A DNA stretch of 64,000 bases from a virus (lineage: Duplodnaviria > Heunggongvirae > Uroviricota > Caudoviricetes), in IMG/VR virus record IMGVR_UViG_2671181027_000003, one strand, 5' to 3'. How positions within the stretch are numbered: position 1 is the first letter of the stretch; each line of letters begins with the position of its first letter. Made by a program: the position numbers and the translations under genes. A model generated the notes under the pieces. It ran no database searches. It was not told the origin of the DNA and worked only from the letters and a program-made list of their open reading frames with translations. Of this stretch, positions 48,663 to 58,269 are shown piece by piece.

Positions 48663-49076
48663 ATGGCCAGAGGGATGTATGTGTTGTGTGAAATTGAAGG
48701 TGTGCTGGCGAGAGCCAGCCATCGCAAAGCAGTGTCTGATGCGGATGCAGGCGCTCTCATTGCCGGTGATGAACTCATCTTTCCCACCAGCCGCATGTTG
48801 CGTGGTTTTGCTCGCTCCGGTGCTGAAGTGGTGCTTATCAGTAGTCGTCAGGAAGCGCTTGAAGGCCCAACCAAACGCTGGCTGAAGGACTTCGGCATTG
48901 ATTATGACTGGCTCCACCTGGTTCCGCGCGGTGTCAGTTTTGAAACCCATATCAAGCGCACGCTGGCAGAGCACAAAGGCGACTTACTTATCGCCGCACT
49001 GGTTCATGATCCGCGTCTGCGTTCTGCGCTGGCAGATTCTCACCAGCGACCAACCATCTATGAGGTAAGCCAATGA
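48663..49076 (+). CDS. hypothetical protein (possible HAD-like phosphatase)
   Basis: Starts at an internal Met immediately after the thyA stop, MARGMYVLCEIEG. Weak resemblance to the HAD motif I. Confidence 0.3.
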   Translation: MARGMYVLCEIEGVLARASHRKAVSDADAGALIAGDELIFPTSRMLRGFARSGAEVVLISSRQEALEGPTKRWLKDFGIDYDWLHLVPRGVSFETHIKRTLAEHKGDLLIAALVHDPRLRSALADSHQRPTIYEVSQ

Positions 49077-49549
49077 AGATGATTGCAGCTGTCGGCCGCA
49101 ACTATGAAATCGGCATTGGCAACGAACTTCCCTGGCGTTGCCCGACCGATCTGAAACTGTTCAAACAACTCACCAAAAACGCCACTGTCGTGATGGGACG
49201 TAAGACGATGGAAAGTCTCAAGCGCCCGCTGCCAGAGCGCCATAACCTCGTTTTGACGCGCTCTCGTGGCTATACCCCCAATGGGTTCTACCCCGCTGGC
49301 ATCGATGACGTTTTGAGACTACCAGATCCGGTCTGGGTGATTGGTGGCGGGCAGGTTTACTCGCTCTTTATGCCACACGTAGAAGAGATTTGGCTGTCGC
49401 ATATTGGCGTGGATGTGCCGGGCGCGGATGCGTTCTTCCCGGCGCCAATGATGCGTTCTTTAGGGTTCGTACCAGTCGAAACGGCTTATACCCAACGTGC
49501 AAATGAGGATGAGCCTGGCTTTTTGCAGATCGTATACAGAAGGTCGTAA
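49073..49549 (+). CDS. folA: dihydrofolate reductase
   Basis: MKMIAAVGRNYEIGIGNELPWRCPTDLKLFK and VVMGRKTMESL, like FolA. 158 aa. Confidence 0.8.
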   Translation: MKMIAAVGRNYEIGIGNELPWRCPTDLKLFKQLTKNATVVMGRKTMESLKRPLPERHNLVLTRSRGYTPNGFYPAGIDDVLRLPDPVWVIGGGQVYSLFMPHVEEIWLSHIGVDVPGADAFFPAPMMRSLGFVPVETAYTQRANEDEPGFLQIVYRRS

Positions 49550-50193
49550 TGGATTACCGGATTGGAATCACTGGCGCACAGGGCAGTGGAAAAACAACCC
49601 TGGCAAGGTACATCGATGCGCATTATGGCATTCCGTATGTGGATGCCGGCGTTGGCAAGCTGATGAGCAGTCTGGGGGTGAAGGTTGGCGAGCGTTTCCC
49701 TCTTTACGAACGTCTTCAGGTTCAGATGGAGATTGCCAGACACATCGAGATGATCACCCGCGGCGTTGAAGGTTTTGTTATCGACCGCACGCCAGCCGAT
49801 GTCATGGCTTATACGCTTGACCTGGTCGGCCAGACCAACGAAGACCGCTGCATCGAGCTGGCTCTCGACATTGAGCAGTTTTGCCACAAAGCGGCCATTT
49901 CCAACTTCAATGCTATCGCGGGTCTTCGCCCGGGCGTTGAGCTTTCCAGCAAAGATCTCGCGCGTCCCCAGCGAGGATCGCTTGACCGTCTCTATGTTGC
50001 TCGCATCGATGCACTTATGTGCGGTGAGCTGACAAAAATCAACACGCTTCCCCAAACCGGCGATCTGCAGGTGTTCGTTATCTCTGAAAAGTGCCGCACG
50101 GTTGAAGCGCGAGCCAGATCGGTATTGCGAGTGCTGGACAGAGCCGCTGAAAACATCGAGCGCCGTATAACAGGACGAGTGACCTTCCACTGA
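49549..50193 (+). CDS. P-loop (deoxy)nucleotide kinase-like protein
   Basis: GITGAQGSGKTTLA Walker A. Size and location within the nucleotide-metabolism cluster. Confidence 0.5.
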   Translation: MDYRIGITGAQGSGKTTLARYIDAHYGIPYVDAGVGKLMSSLGVKVGERFPLYERLQVQMEIARHIEMITRGVEGFVIDRTPADVMAYTLDLVGQTNEDRCIELALDIEQFCHKAAISNFNAIAGLRPGVELSSKDLARPQRGSLDRLYVARIDALMCGELTKINTLPQTGDLQVFVISEKCRTVEARARSVLRVLDRAAENIERRITGRVTFH

Positions 50194-50256
50194 ATGTTGC
50201 TCCCCTGTTGGGCAGTGTGACAATAAGACACGCGAAATGAATCGAGGAAAAACAGA

Positions 50257-50676
50257 ATGATAGACGAACTTCCCCTCTCGGATGAATTAGATCGTAAAGC
50301 GATTGAAGCACTGATCCGCATTGCTGACGAACAATCCCGCTCTTTGATGAGTGAACGTGAAGCACGTCTGGCTATCCGCGCAGTGTTTGAGTCCGTTCAA
50401 GGGCTTGTTGGGGAAGAGGTTGGCGAAGCCATCAATGTGGCGATGTCGCAGTTCAATGGCGGCACCAAGCGCCCTCTGTTTCCTATGCACCTCAAACTCT
50501 CAGGCGGTACGGTTCTGTTCGTATCCGTTTGCCTGGAGACCAATCAAATCCAGATCCTCAACACATCAACGGGCGAATGGCACGAGCCGGTCGTCTGCGA
50601 AAGTGGCGAGGACGCACTGAAAAAGGCTGCTCAGTTTGTGCGTGGCGCACTGCTGAAAGGCGCGAAGAAGCTGTAA
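50257..50676 (+). CDS. hypothetical protein
   Basis: 139-aa ORF. Confidence 0.45.
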   Translation: MIDELPLSDELDRKAIEALIRIADEQSRSLMSEREARLAIRAVFESVQGLVGEEVGEAINVAMSQFNGGTKRPLFPMHLKLSGGTVLFVSVCLETNQIQILNTSTGEWHEPVVCESGEDALKKAAQFVRGALLKGAKKL

Positions 50677-50685
50677 GGAGTACCA

Positions 50686-51228
50686 ATGACCACGATTGTC
50701 GGTGGCGTCGATATTGAGTCCACAGGGCTGGACTTCACATCCGGCCACAAAATTATCGAAATCGCGATAACCCGTTATGAACTGGAAACCCAGAAGCACA
50801 TCGACAGCCTTGAGATGCGCTTCAACCCGCGTCGCAGTATCGATCCGAAGGCGCAGGCGGTGCATGGCATTTCACTGGAAGATCTGGCGACGGAACCGCT
50901 ACTGGCTGACCACGCAGGCAAGATTGCTGCGTACATGGGCGCATGTAGCGCGTTAGTCGCCCATAACGGAGAGGCTTTTGACCTTCCGTTCATTCGCCAC
51001 GAGTTCGGCAGTTATGGGGTGAAATTGCCAGATATCCCCCTCGTAGACACTATGTTAGATGGGTTGTGGGCTACCGAAGATGGGAAGCGTCCACGCCTAG
51101 AAGAACTGGCGTTCTCATTAGGGTTCACATACGACTTGGAGAAAGCCCACAGTGCTCTCTACGATACTGAGCTGATGATGCAATGTTTTTTCAAAGCTCG
51201 GGAAAAATATGGTTTTTTCGATTTTTAA
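50686..51228 (+). CDS. DnaQ-like 3'-5' proofreading exonuclease (DEDDh)
   Basis: Exo I GGVDIESTGLD, Exo II HNGEAFDLPF, Exo III HSALYDTEL. Confidence 0.75.
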   Translation: MTTIVGGVDIESTGLDFTSGHKIIEIAITRYELETQKHIDSLEMRFNPRRSIDPKAQAVHGISLEDLATEPLLADHAGKIAAYMGACSALVAHNGEAFDLPFIRHEFGSYGVKLPDIPLVDTMLDGLWATEDGKRPRLEELAFSLGFTYDLEKAHSALYDTELMMQCFFKAREKYGFFDF

Positions 51229-51229
51229 T

Positions 51230-51265
51230 TTAATGAACGGTGCAATAAATTGCACCGTTTAACTT
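51230..51265. terminator. bidirectional terminator hairpin between convergent genes
   Basis: aacggtgcaataaattgcaccgtt flanked by T- and A-runs. Confidence 0.6.
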
Positions 51266-51266
51266 T

Positions 51267-52382
51267 TTAGAATGAAACTTTTGCCTTCAGTAACTTGGCT
51301 GCCATTTCAAAATCAATTTCTCCGGTTTTAGACTCTGTTGCGAGCTTGTACAGAACCAGAACGTATGTATCGCCTAGAACTTTTGTGATTGCACTTGCCG
51401 TTGTTGCAGATATTGCCCCTCCAACGAGGCTTCCTACACCAGGTATCATCTTTAATAGCCCTGTGACAATTGTTCGTCCTACAAAAACTGCACCACCAGC
51501 ACCTATTAAAGACGTTACCATTGTTGTTAATGCCGCTTTAGATACATCCATTCCAAAGGTGTAACTGATTTTTGCAATCATTGCGACTTGAATTGGCACT
51601 AAGGTAAATGCATCTGAAAATGGGACTGGGGTTGCTGCGGCCGCAGCTGCGAGGGCTGTTGCGGCAATAACTTCTTTACTGGCTTGTTCTTTTTTTATAT
51701 CCAATGCTTTCTTATTTTTAATTGAAAGAGCATTGGAAAATGCCTTTTTTTGTGCTTCTGGAATAACCTCATACGATGTTTGGATTAAATCATCTATGCC
51801 TCTAACCTTTCTTTTCCCTATGATCTCATCTGGTTCATCTTCATCATAAATCGTTTCTTCAATCGCACGAGTCAGACATACGGAATGGCTATAGTTTTTA
51901 AATGCACCCTCAACCTCTTTCGCAAATTCATTATTTGTGAAATTGTTTGTTTTTGTTAGTACTACTATGACTGGTATTCCTTTATTTATCAGGAACTTAG
52001 CAATATCTAATTCAGCGTTTTCATAACGTTGACCAGTGTCATTAATACATAGCCAAGCGAGATGGACATAATTCTCTGATTTTTCACTATTGTTATTTTC
52101 ATTTATATAGTTTTCAATTTTTAATCTTGTTTTATCATAATCAGCAACTTCAAGTCCCTGAGTATCAATGATTTGTAATGGGACGCCTTCTTTCTTAATT
52201 ACTTTTATATTTTCTGTTACAGGGCGCCCTACTCCAGTTCTCGCAAAGTCTCCACGAAATACACTATTAATGAGAGAACTTTTCCCTACACCAGTCTTTC
52301 CTATCACGATGATGTTAGCAACGGGCATATCTTTGACTGCATCGTTCAAAATGGCATTTACATCAATGTTCACATTAATCAC
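51267..52382 (-). CDS. membrane-associated small GTPase (G-domain plus C-terminal Gly/Ala-rich hydrophobic region)
   Basis: G1 GKTGVGKSS, G3 DTQG, G4-like LTKTN. The C-terminal roughly 120 aa are Ala/Gly-rich amphipathic or TM segments. AT-rich and on the minus strand. Confidence 0.6.
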   Translation of the reverse strand: MINVNIDVNAILNDAVKDMPVANIIVIGKTGVGKSSLINSVFRGDFARTGVGRPVTENIKVIKKEGVPLQIIDTQGLEVADYDKTRLKIENYINENNNSEKSENYVHLAWLCINDTGQRYENAELDIAKFLINKGIPVIVVLTKTNNFTNNEFAKEVEGAFKNYSHSVCLTRAIEETIYDEDEPDEIIGKRKVRGIDDLIQTSYEVIPEAQKKAFSNALSIKNKKALDIKKEQASKEVIAATALAAAAAATPVPFSDAFTLVPIQVAMIAKISYTFGMDVSKAALTTMVTSLIGAGGAVFVGRTIVTGLLKMIPGVGSLVGGAISATTASAITKVLGDTYVLVLYKLATESKTGEIDFEMAAKLLKAKVSF

Positions 52383-52584
52383 TCCTTTAGCAGAAGCCTC
52401 TTATCATAGCTGCTGCTTTTACATTTGGAAAAACATATGAGATTTGTATGAAAAAAATCTTCAAAAGCGTGAGCTAAATCTCCTGTAATGACCTGAATTT
52501 ATTTGTTTTTTGCCTGATAGGTTTTGCCAGAATACGCTCAACCAAAACGCGGAAACGCACCAACGAAAACATAAGGAGTTAAAA

Positions 52585-53427
52585 ATGAGTGCAGTTACCA
52601 ACACTGTTAAAAACGATGACCTGGATGAACTGACTGCAATGCTGCAATCTCTCGACGAACCAGTTCAGAAAGCTGCGAAAATGAGCGGTGTCGACGAGAT
52701 CGACGATCTTCTCTCTGGTCTGGATGATGCAATCTCAAAACCAGTCGAGGCGGTGGCGGATGAAGTCATGAATGCCAGCTCTACCGGAGATCTGAGTAGC
52801 GTTCTGGAAGCGCTTGAGATTGAGCACGAATCAGTGAAGATTGAGGAACCAGAGCGTGATCTTATTGCGGAGATAGTGAACGAGCCAACGCCTGAACTTG
52901 ACGCTCAAAGTACTGAGACTACCGATACAGATCCAACTCCTTTACCTTCAGTGGCGTCAGAGACTAAACCTGAAGAAGAGCAGCCAAAACGCCAGAAGGC
53001 AAAATCAGAGCGTGCTCCGGCCAAACCTCGCTTCACGCTGGAAGGTAAGGACGAATCGTTCTATGCGACAGCCGGTCTGGAAAGTGAGAGCTTTACTGCC
53101 GCATTTGAAGGGGCGCCAGTCAAAGCGAAAGACAAGATCTTAAACCTGCTGAACTGGTTTAGTGGTGGCCCTGAAATCAGCGTCTACACGGTAATCGCAA
53201 TGCGCCATATCCTTGACGCGAACACGGCGACCAGCAATAGCATTAAACTGGCGCTAATGAGCAACCCGGAGAAACCATACCCACTCAACACGGCTTCGAC
53301 TCAGGCTGGCCAGATGATGGCTGTGTTTCCGGCCACTGGCATTGCCACCAGGGAAGGTGGAAATCTAACCCTTAATAAAGAGTCGCCGATCGTCAAAAAA
53401 TTCATAGCGGAGTATTCCATTGGATGA
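52585..53427 (+). CDS. acidic hypothetical protein
   Basis: Starts at internal Met MSAVTNTV with RBS ataaggag. The N-terminal half is very acidic. Confidence 0.45.
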   Translation: MSAVTNTVKNDDLDELTAMLQSLDEPVQKAAKMSGVDEIDDLLSGLDDAISKPVEAVADEVMNASSTGDLSSVLEALEIEHESVKIEEPERDLIAEIVNEPTPELDAQSTETTDTDPTPLPSVASETKPEEEQPKRQKAKSERAPAKPRFTLEGKDESFYATAGLESESFTAAFEGAPVKAKDKILNLLNWFSGGPEISVYTVIAMRHILDANTATSNSIKLALMSNPEKPYPLNTASTQAGQMMAVFPATGIATREGGNLTLNKESPIVKKFIAEYSIG

Positions 53428-53612
53428 TGTTCCCCAACCCGATCTAAAGCCCCCTGAGAGATTTAGGATGCTGGGTAAGCTAATTGCATACCCAGCATCG
53501 ATAAAACGCGCCAGAGAGCTTCCCGTTTGCGAATCTGGCGCGTTCTTCTTTGTTTGCTATCCGTTGGATTAAATGAAAAAATAGGTAAGTATTTACCTAT
53601 CAGGGCAGAGTA

Positions 53613-54206
53613 ATGATCGCAGCCGAAAAAATCAAAAAGCGAGAGCGTGATGCCTCTCTTCGCGACCTTTGGCGCACACCGCAGTGGTTGTTTGTCGCCA
53701 TCCAACGTTACATAGGCGTAAAGTTCGATGTGGACGTCGCCTGCAACAAAGATAATGCTCTCCTGCCGAACTTTATCGGTGTTGAGCGTGATGCGCTCAA
53801 GTGCAGTTGGGGAGAACCTGGCACTGTGGCGTTCCTTAACCCGCCCTACTCCAAAATCACCCCCTGGATAGACGCAGCCATTCGCGAACAGGCGCATGGA
53901 GTGACGACGGTCATGCTGATACCACAATCCCTCGATACGCAGTGGTACGAGCGTGCGACTGAATGCGCCAACGAAACCGTCATCTTGTCTGGCGGCCGCG
54001 TGGCGTTCGTTGAGCCGGATGTTGAACTTGGGCTGGTGGAGGTGAACATCAACCCTGGTGGCAGCATGTTGCTTATCTTCCGTGGCTACTGTCAGGAAGC
54101 TGGGCACACCATCAGCAAGATACCGCTGGCGGTGATGAAAAAGCTGGGTGGTTATGATCCTGCCAATGTTGTCAGGAAGAAGAGACCACGTAAAAAGGCA
54201 GCGTAA
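53613..54206 (+). CDS. phage-type DNA N6-adenine methyltransferase (Dam family)
   Basis: WRTPQWLF, FDVDVAC, FLNPPYS (motif IV), TTVMLIP, DTQWY. This is the typical phage Dam-family pattern. Confidence 0.7.
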   Translation: MIAAEKIKKRERDASLRDLWRTPQWLFVAIQRYIGVKFDVDVACNKDNALLPNFIGVERDALKCSWGEPGTVAFLNPPYSKITPWIDAAIREQAHGVTTVMLIPQSLDTQWYERATECANETVILSGGRVAFVEPDVELGLVEVNINPGGSMLLIFRGYCQEAGHTISKIPLAVMKKLGGYDPANVVRKKRPRKKAA

Positions 54207-54227
54207 ACACCAGCCTGGGAGTTAGTT

Positions 54228-54292
54228 TGAGAACCTGCTTCCGTATATATAAATAACTAAGTACTAATTATTAATATATACAGACGCAGGCT
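54228..54292 (+). terminator. rho-independent terminator (same architecture as 826-888)
   Basis: cctgcttccgtatatataaataactaagtactaattattaatatatacagacgcaggcttttt. Confidence 0.6.
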
Positions 54293-54409
54293 TTTTAAGA
54301 CGTGATTTCCAAACAACTCCCAGACCGTTTTACACCTCCAGAACCCACTGGAACCCCCTCTTCAGACGCTCTAGAATCGATTTTATGAACCACAGTAAGG
54401 AAAACTATC

Positions 54410-54640
54410 ATGGTATACCCGACGAACGTCGTAGCGCTCGTTGAGAGCGATTTTCTGACCAAAGTGCGCGACATGATGAAAGATCGCGATAAGGCTTTCA
54501 GTCTCTACGAATGGTCGCTCAAATGTCTTCATTCAGGCGAGCACAAAGAGCTGGTGGAGCAGCTGTTAGGGGAACTCATCAATGAGGTGTTTGCCCTGAA
54601 CGTCCAGCTTCATGGTCGAGAAAATAATCAATCGGAATAA
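54410..54640 (+). CDS. hypothetical small protein
   Basis: 76-aa ORF with the consensus RBS context taaggaaaactatcATG. Confidence 0.45.
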   Translation: MVYPTNVVALVESDFLTKVRDMMKDRDKAFSLYEWSLKCLHSGEHKELVEQLLGELINEVFALNVQLHGRENNQSE

Positions 54641-55304
54641 TAGGTAAGTACTTACCATTTAAAACGCAGATCGCCAGTGATAAAATCTACCCGCTTTCCG
54701 GATTGGTTCCGGCAGCTCGACCTGATGGGTGGGGGATAGCGTCACTGGCGTCAGGTTTAAAAAAGCTTACTACCAGCGTAGAACCGGCACCGTTTAGGGG
54801 TTGGGGAAGGGGGAACCAAAGTGGGCAGAGAGAAGGGTCACTTTATGATTGTCGAGTCTGGAGTGTTTCGAGAGGTTGAATCCAGAACTCCCCTTCATAA
54901 AGTGTGGGAAGATCTCGGTTCTGGGGTGCTGTCATCCATAACTTCCCAAGCCTAAGCTGGCAGTAGACTTAGGTCATAACTTTTCAGGTTATGTAACGAC
55001 CAGGTTGGTGAGGAAATTTTGTACTCACCTCCCTGGGAGAGTATTACCTGAAAAGACAACCTCTCACTTCGTTCGAGGTGAACTTCACTCACTTCGTTCG
55101 TTCAGTTCAGGTTTTATTAAACCTGTTCTGGGAAGTAAGTTTCTCTTTTCTAAAAAAATTTTAATATTTACACGCACGCGTGCGCACACGCGCGAGGGGA
55201 AAAATCGCCCATCGTAATGTCTTCAATGTGCCAGGAGCGGACGTTTAATAATTATGCAAGGATATGCTAAAAACAGGCTGTCACAGTTAAACTAACCAAT
55301 AAAT

Positions 55305-55340
55305 GATTTGTATCATCGTTGAGTAACGATGATACAAATC
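55305..55340 (-). terminator. likely terminator of the minus-strand operon
   Basis: 14-bp perfect stem gatttgtatcatcg / cgatgatacaaatc with loop ttgagtaa, about 90 nt downstream of the 55431 stop. A U-rich tract follows on the minus strand. Confidence 0.45.
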
Positions 55341-55430
55341 ACGAAGGGTATTGATATTCCGTATATTCAGGGGTGGAAAACCTGATGTTTTTTCGTTTCC
55401 TGCAGTTTCTATATATGGATTTGACATTAT

Positions 55431-56261
55431 TTAAATGGGTTGAACAGAATTAGCAAGACGCTTTTCTTGTCCAAATGGTGTTGTATAAAAACGTTGTTCA
55501 ATACCGTAAAGAAGCAACTTCAATTCATCATCACTATTTATAGAAAAAGTTCCAGATAGTGGATTAAAAATCACATTCGCCTGACAGTAATTATTAATAT
55601 ATAGAAGCATTCCGGCCTTATCTGCAGGAGTCAATGTCGCTAGCGTATCCATTGCAAGAGCAACTCGCTTCCTATTTGGCTTGGATACTTTGTTTACGTT
55701 ATACTCTTCGGAAAGATTGATGAAGGATTCGGAAAGGAATTGAGTTACCTCTTCTTCCGTAGCCTCTTTAAATAGTATATCAATCCCTTTGAATATACTG
55801 CTTATTGTGGCTAAGTCTTTGAAAATCAACCTATTAGTTTCTTTAAAGAACACTGCGTCAGGAAATTCATTAATTACAAGGCGATTTTCATCATTTTCAA
55901 CAACTGCTGCATCACCAAATGAAATGGTTTTTTTTCTTATCATTTGCGAAGGGGTAACCTTTTGAAAATAAAAATCACCATCCTGTTCAGCCATGATGTA
56001 AGAAATATTGGAGAACTGAGATTTTGTCAAACTCAGAAACTCCTTAGAGTCAAAGTCAATTTTCAGTATCGGCAAACAATAGTCTTGCTCGCTAAAACTG
56101 TCAATCTTGAACCATACCTCTTCATCCAAATTATGGTCAGGATTATAAACTACACAATTTCCATTAGTAACAACGACTGGTGAATAAAGAGTACAATCTG
56201 ATAGTAATTTGAAATAAGGGTTTTTTCGTAATCTTTTTATTTTCGCAAACACATTGTTCAT
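55431..56261 (-). CDS. hypothetical cytoplasmic protein, second gene of an AT-rich two-gene cassette
   Basis: 276-aa ORF, AT-rich. Its start is 3 bp from the stop of the upstream membrane-protein gene. Confidence 0.55.
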   Translation of the reverse strand: MNNVFAKIKRLRKNPYFKLLSDCTLYSPVVVTNGNCVVYNPDHNLDEEVWFKIDSFSEQDYCLPILKIDFDSKEFLSLTKSQFSNISYIMAEQDGDFYFQKVTPSQMIRKKTISFGDAAVVENDENRLVINEFPDAVFFKETNRLIFKDLATISSIFKGIDILFKEATEEEVTQFLSESFINLSEEYNVNKVSKPNRKRVALAMDTLATLTPADKAGMLLYINNYCQANVIFNPLSGTFSINSDDELKLLLYGIEQRFYTTPFGQEKRLANSVQPI

Positions 56262-56263
56262 TA

Positions 56264-56854
56264 CTATTTCCTTTCGATAAATGTGTAGTCATTGATTCTG
56301 AATGCCTTGGAGATGACAATCTCTTTAGGTGTTTTATATTTGCATTTGCTTATAAGAAAGATAGAGGCGCCACCTTTAGTTTGTATACTATAAAACTCGT
56401 AACGGAAGACTAGAAACAATGGGTTGAAGTATAGAGCTTGTGACAAAAAGGTAAAAATAAACAAAACGCCATAAACAAAAAACAAAGCACTCCAACTTGA
56501 AATGCTTAGTGCTACAAAAAAATACCCCAAATAACTGGGTAAGAAACTATTATTTGCATGTTCAATGTTTACTGCGTCGCCTTCTTTAAAATCATCCGCG
56601 CTTAGACCACGACTGAGTAAGATACTTAAACCGGTGAGCAGTACAGGAATCAGCAGATACAGGAAATATGAATTGAATGGATGCCAATCACTTAAAAAGC
56701 TAAACTGTGGGTAGAATTGCAGGAAATATCCCAGAGTGTACTTTTTCTGAACGAGAAAAACTATAACTAACAAAGATGTAGCATTGAATGTTAGCAGCAG
56801 TCTGAAGAGTATGTTAATTATGGCGCACCCCCTGTGAGTGAGAACAAGGTACAT
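56264..56854 (-). CDS. integral membrane protein (about 4 TM), first gene of the cassette
   Basis: 196 aa with four long hydrophobic segments. AT-rich. Confidence 0.55.
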   Translation of the reverse strand: MYLVLTHRGCAIINILFRLLLTFNATSLLVIVFLVQKKYTLGYFLQFYPQFSFLSDWHPFNSYFLYLLIPVLLTGLSILLSRGLSADDFKEGDAVNIEHANNSFLPSYLGYFFVALSISSWSALFFVYGVLFIFTFLSQALYFNPLFLVFRYEFYSIQTKGGASIFLISKCKYKTPKEIVISKAFRINDYTFIERK

Positions 56855-57272
56855 TAACTACCTTATGTACCGAGCTTCTCATTTTATTTTTGTGAAGTAG
56901 GTACTAACGGCTAAAAAGAGCGAAGTAAAAAGTTACTAGTAGTCAGACCAGCATAATGCAAAAAATCACTGTATATCAATTATTATTTTTCGGATAGATA
57001 AAGCTTATCCAAACTCCAGTAACTCAATGGGTTTAAAATTCTGGTCTATCGGGTAGCCTGAAAGGTAGCCACTTTAGATCATTTTCACGAGTTTTAACGC
57101 ATCTTTCTCAACTCTGAATGGCCGCTTTGAGTGTCTGAGCGTTGATTAACAAAGGTTATGTTAGTAACACATCTGCAGTGATAACAATTACGAACTTCCG
57201 CTTCACGCTCAGAGCGGACCTTCTGCCCAATGAGCTAGTCCGCTACGCGCCATAAGCGGACAGGCTGTAGTA

Positions 57273-57875
57273 CTAACTGCATTGTAGCTGCGAGATTTCA
57301 CCATCGATGGCTTCTATAACCTGTTTATAGCGCAGCATGACCTCTTCATGAATCATCATTAATCCGCGGCCGTACTCTGTGGCTAGGATTGTGTATCTTT
57401 TCAGGTGTGCAAGATGCTCTTTGTTGCCAGTAATGTCACTGGCAACCTGCGTGGAGTCCAGCCTTTCGATAAGGGCATTATTGCCGCGATAGGAATCAAT
57501 TAGGCTTCTTGCGCTTGTATAAAAAGCCACAATTTTTGATAGTGTTTCTCTATGAACTTCAGGTAGAGATGCCGAGTTAGCTTCATAGAAAGTGAAGTAG
57601 TTTTGAGTAATGGGGAAAATGTTATCGAACGGTGAGTTCCGGTCGTATTTTTCGATTTCCTCTTCCATTCTGGCCTTATACAACTTAATCAGTGAGTCTA
57701 TTTCCTCTCTGACACCCAAGAGCGTTGTTATACGCTTCTCTCTGGCCGCTGTTGCCTGCTGTTTTGCCTGCTGTTTCACCTGAGCTGTCACTCCTTTCAT
57801 CGTGAAACAGCCACCTAAAAGAGCCGCTAAAAATGCGGAGATGAGATCTGAATATTCGTGCCAGAAGGTTAGCAT
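57273..57875 (-). CDS. hypothetical N-terminally anchored coiled-coil protein
   Basis: 200 aa with an N-terminal hydrophobic helix LISAFLAALLGGCF. Confidence 0.45.
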   Translation of the reverse strand: MLTFWHEYSDLISAFLAALLGGCFTMKGVTAQVKQQAKQQATAAREKRITTLLGVREEIDSLIKLYKARMEEEIEKYDRNSPFDNIFPITQNYFTFYEANSASLPEVHRETLSKIVAFYTSARSLIDSYRGNNALIERLDSTQVASDITGNKEHLAHLKRYTILATEYGRGLMMIHEEVMLRYKQVIEAIDGEISQLQCS

Positions 57876-58269
57876 GGCTAAAATTCCATTGGGTTAAATT
57901 GTGTCTATTTAACCACATCATGATACGAAGATACCTTCCAAAATGTTGCCATGAACTCGTCTGTTGTCGTCTTGGGTATTAGCACCGTGCTCTCTCGTTA
58001 TCTAGGGCTTGGTCCAATCCTCTCTCAAAGCAGATCTATTAAACGGCCTGCTCTGATCGCCGCCTACTCCGCAGCCGATATGCCTCACAAGCGTGACATT
58101 GGATTTTTGTCACAAAATGATAGGTAAGTATTTACCTATCATTTTAAATCAGGTATCTTACCGTTCGTCAGGATGACGAAGTACCGGTTAGGTACTGTTC
58201 CAGGATGGAACGCCAAAAGGCGGCTGGCTTGGCCAGCCGCAACTCTTTCTGACACTGAATGGAATCCAA

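Noticed and set aside
55005-55217. 70-aa ORF in the ORF-free region near the candidate cassette
   Set aside because: No RBS, and it spans the alternating-pyrimidine tract and direct repeats. Likely non-coding.
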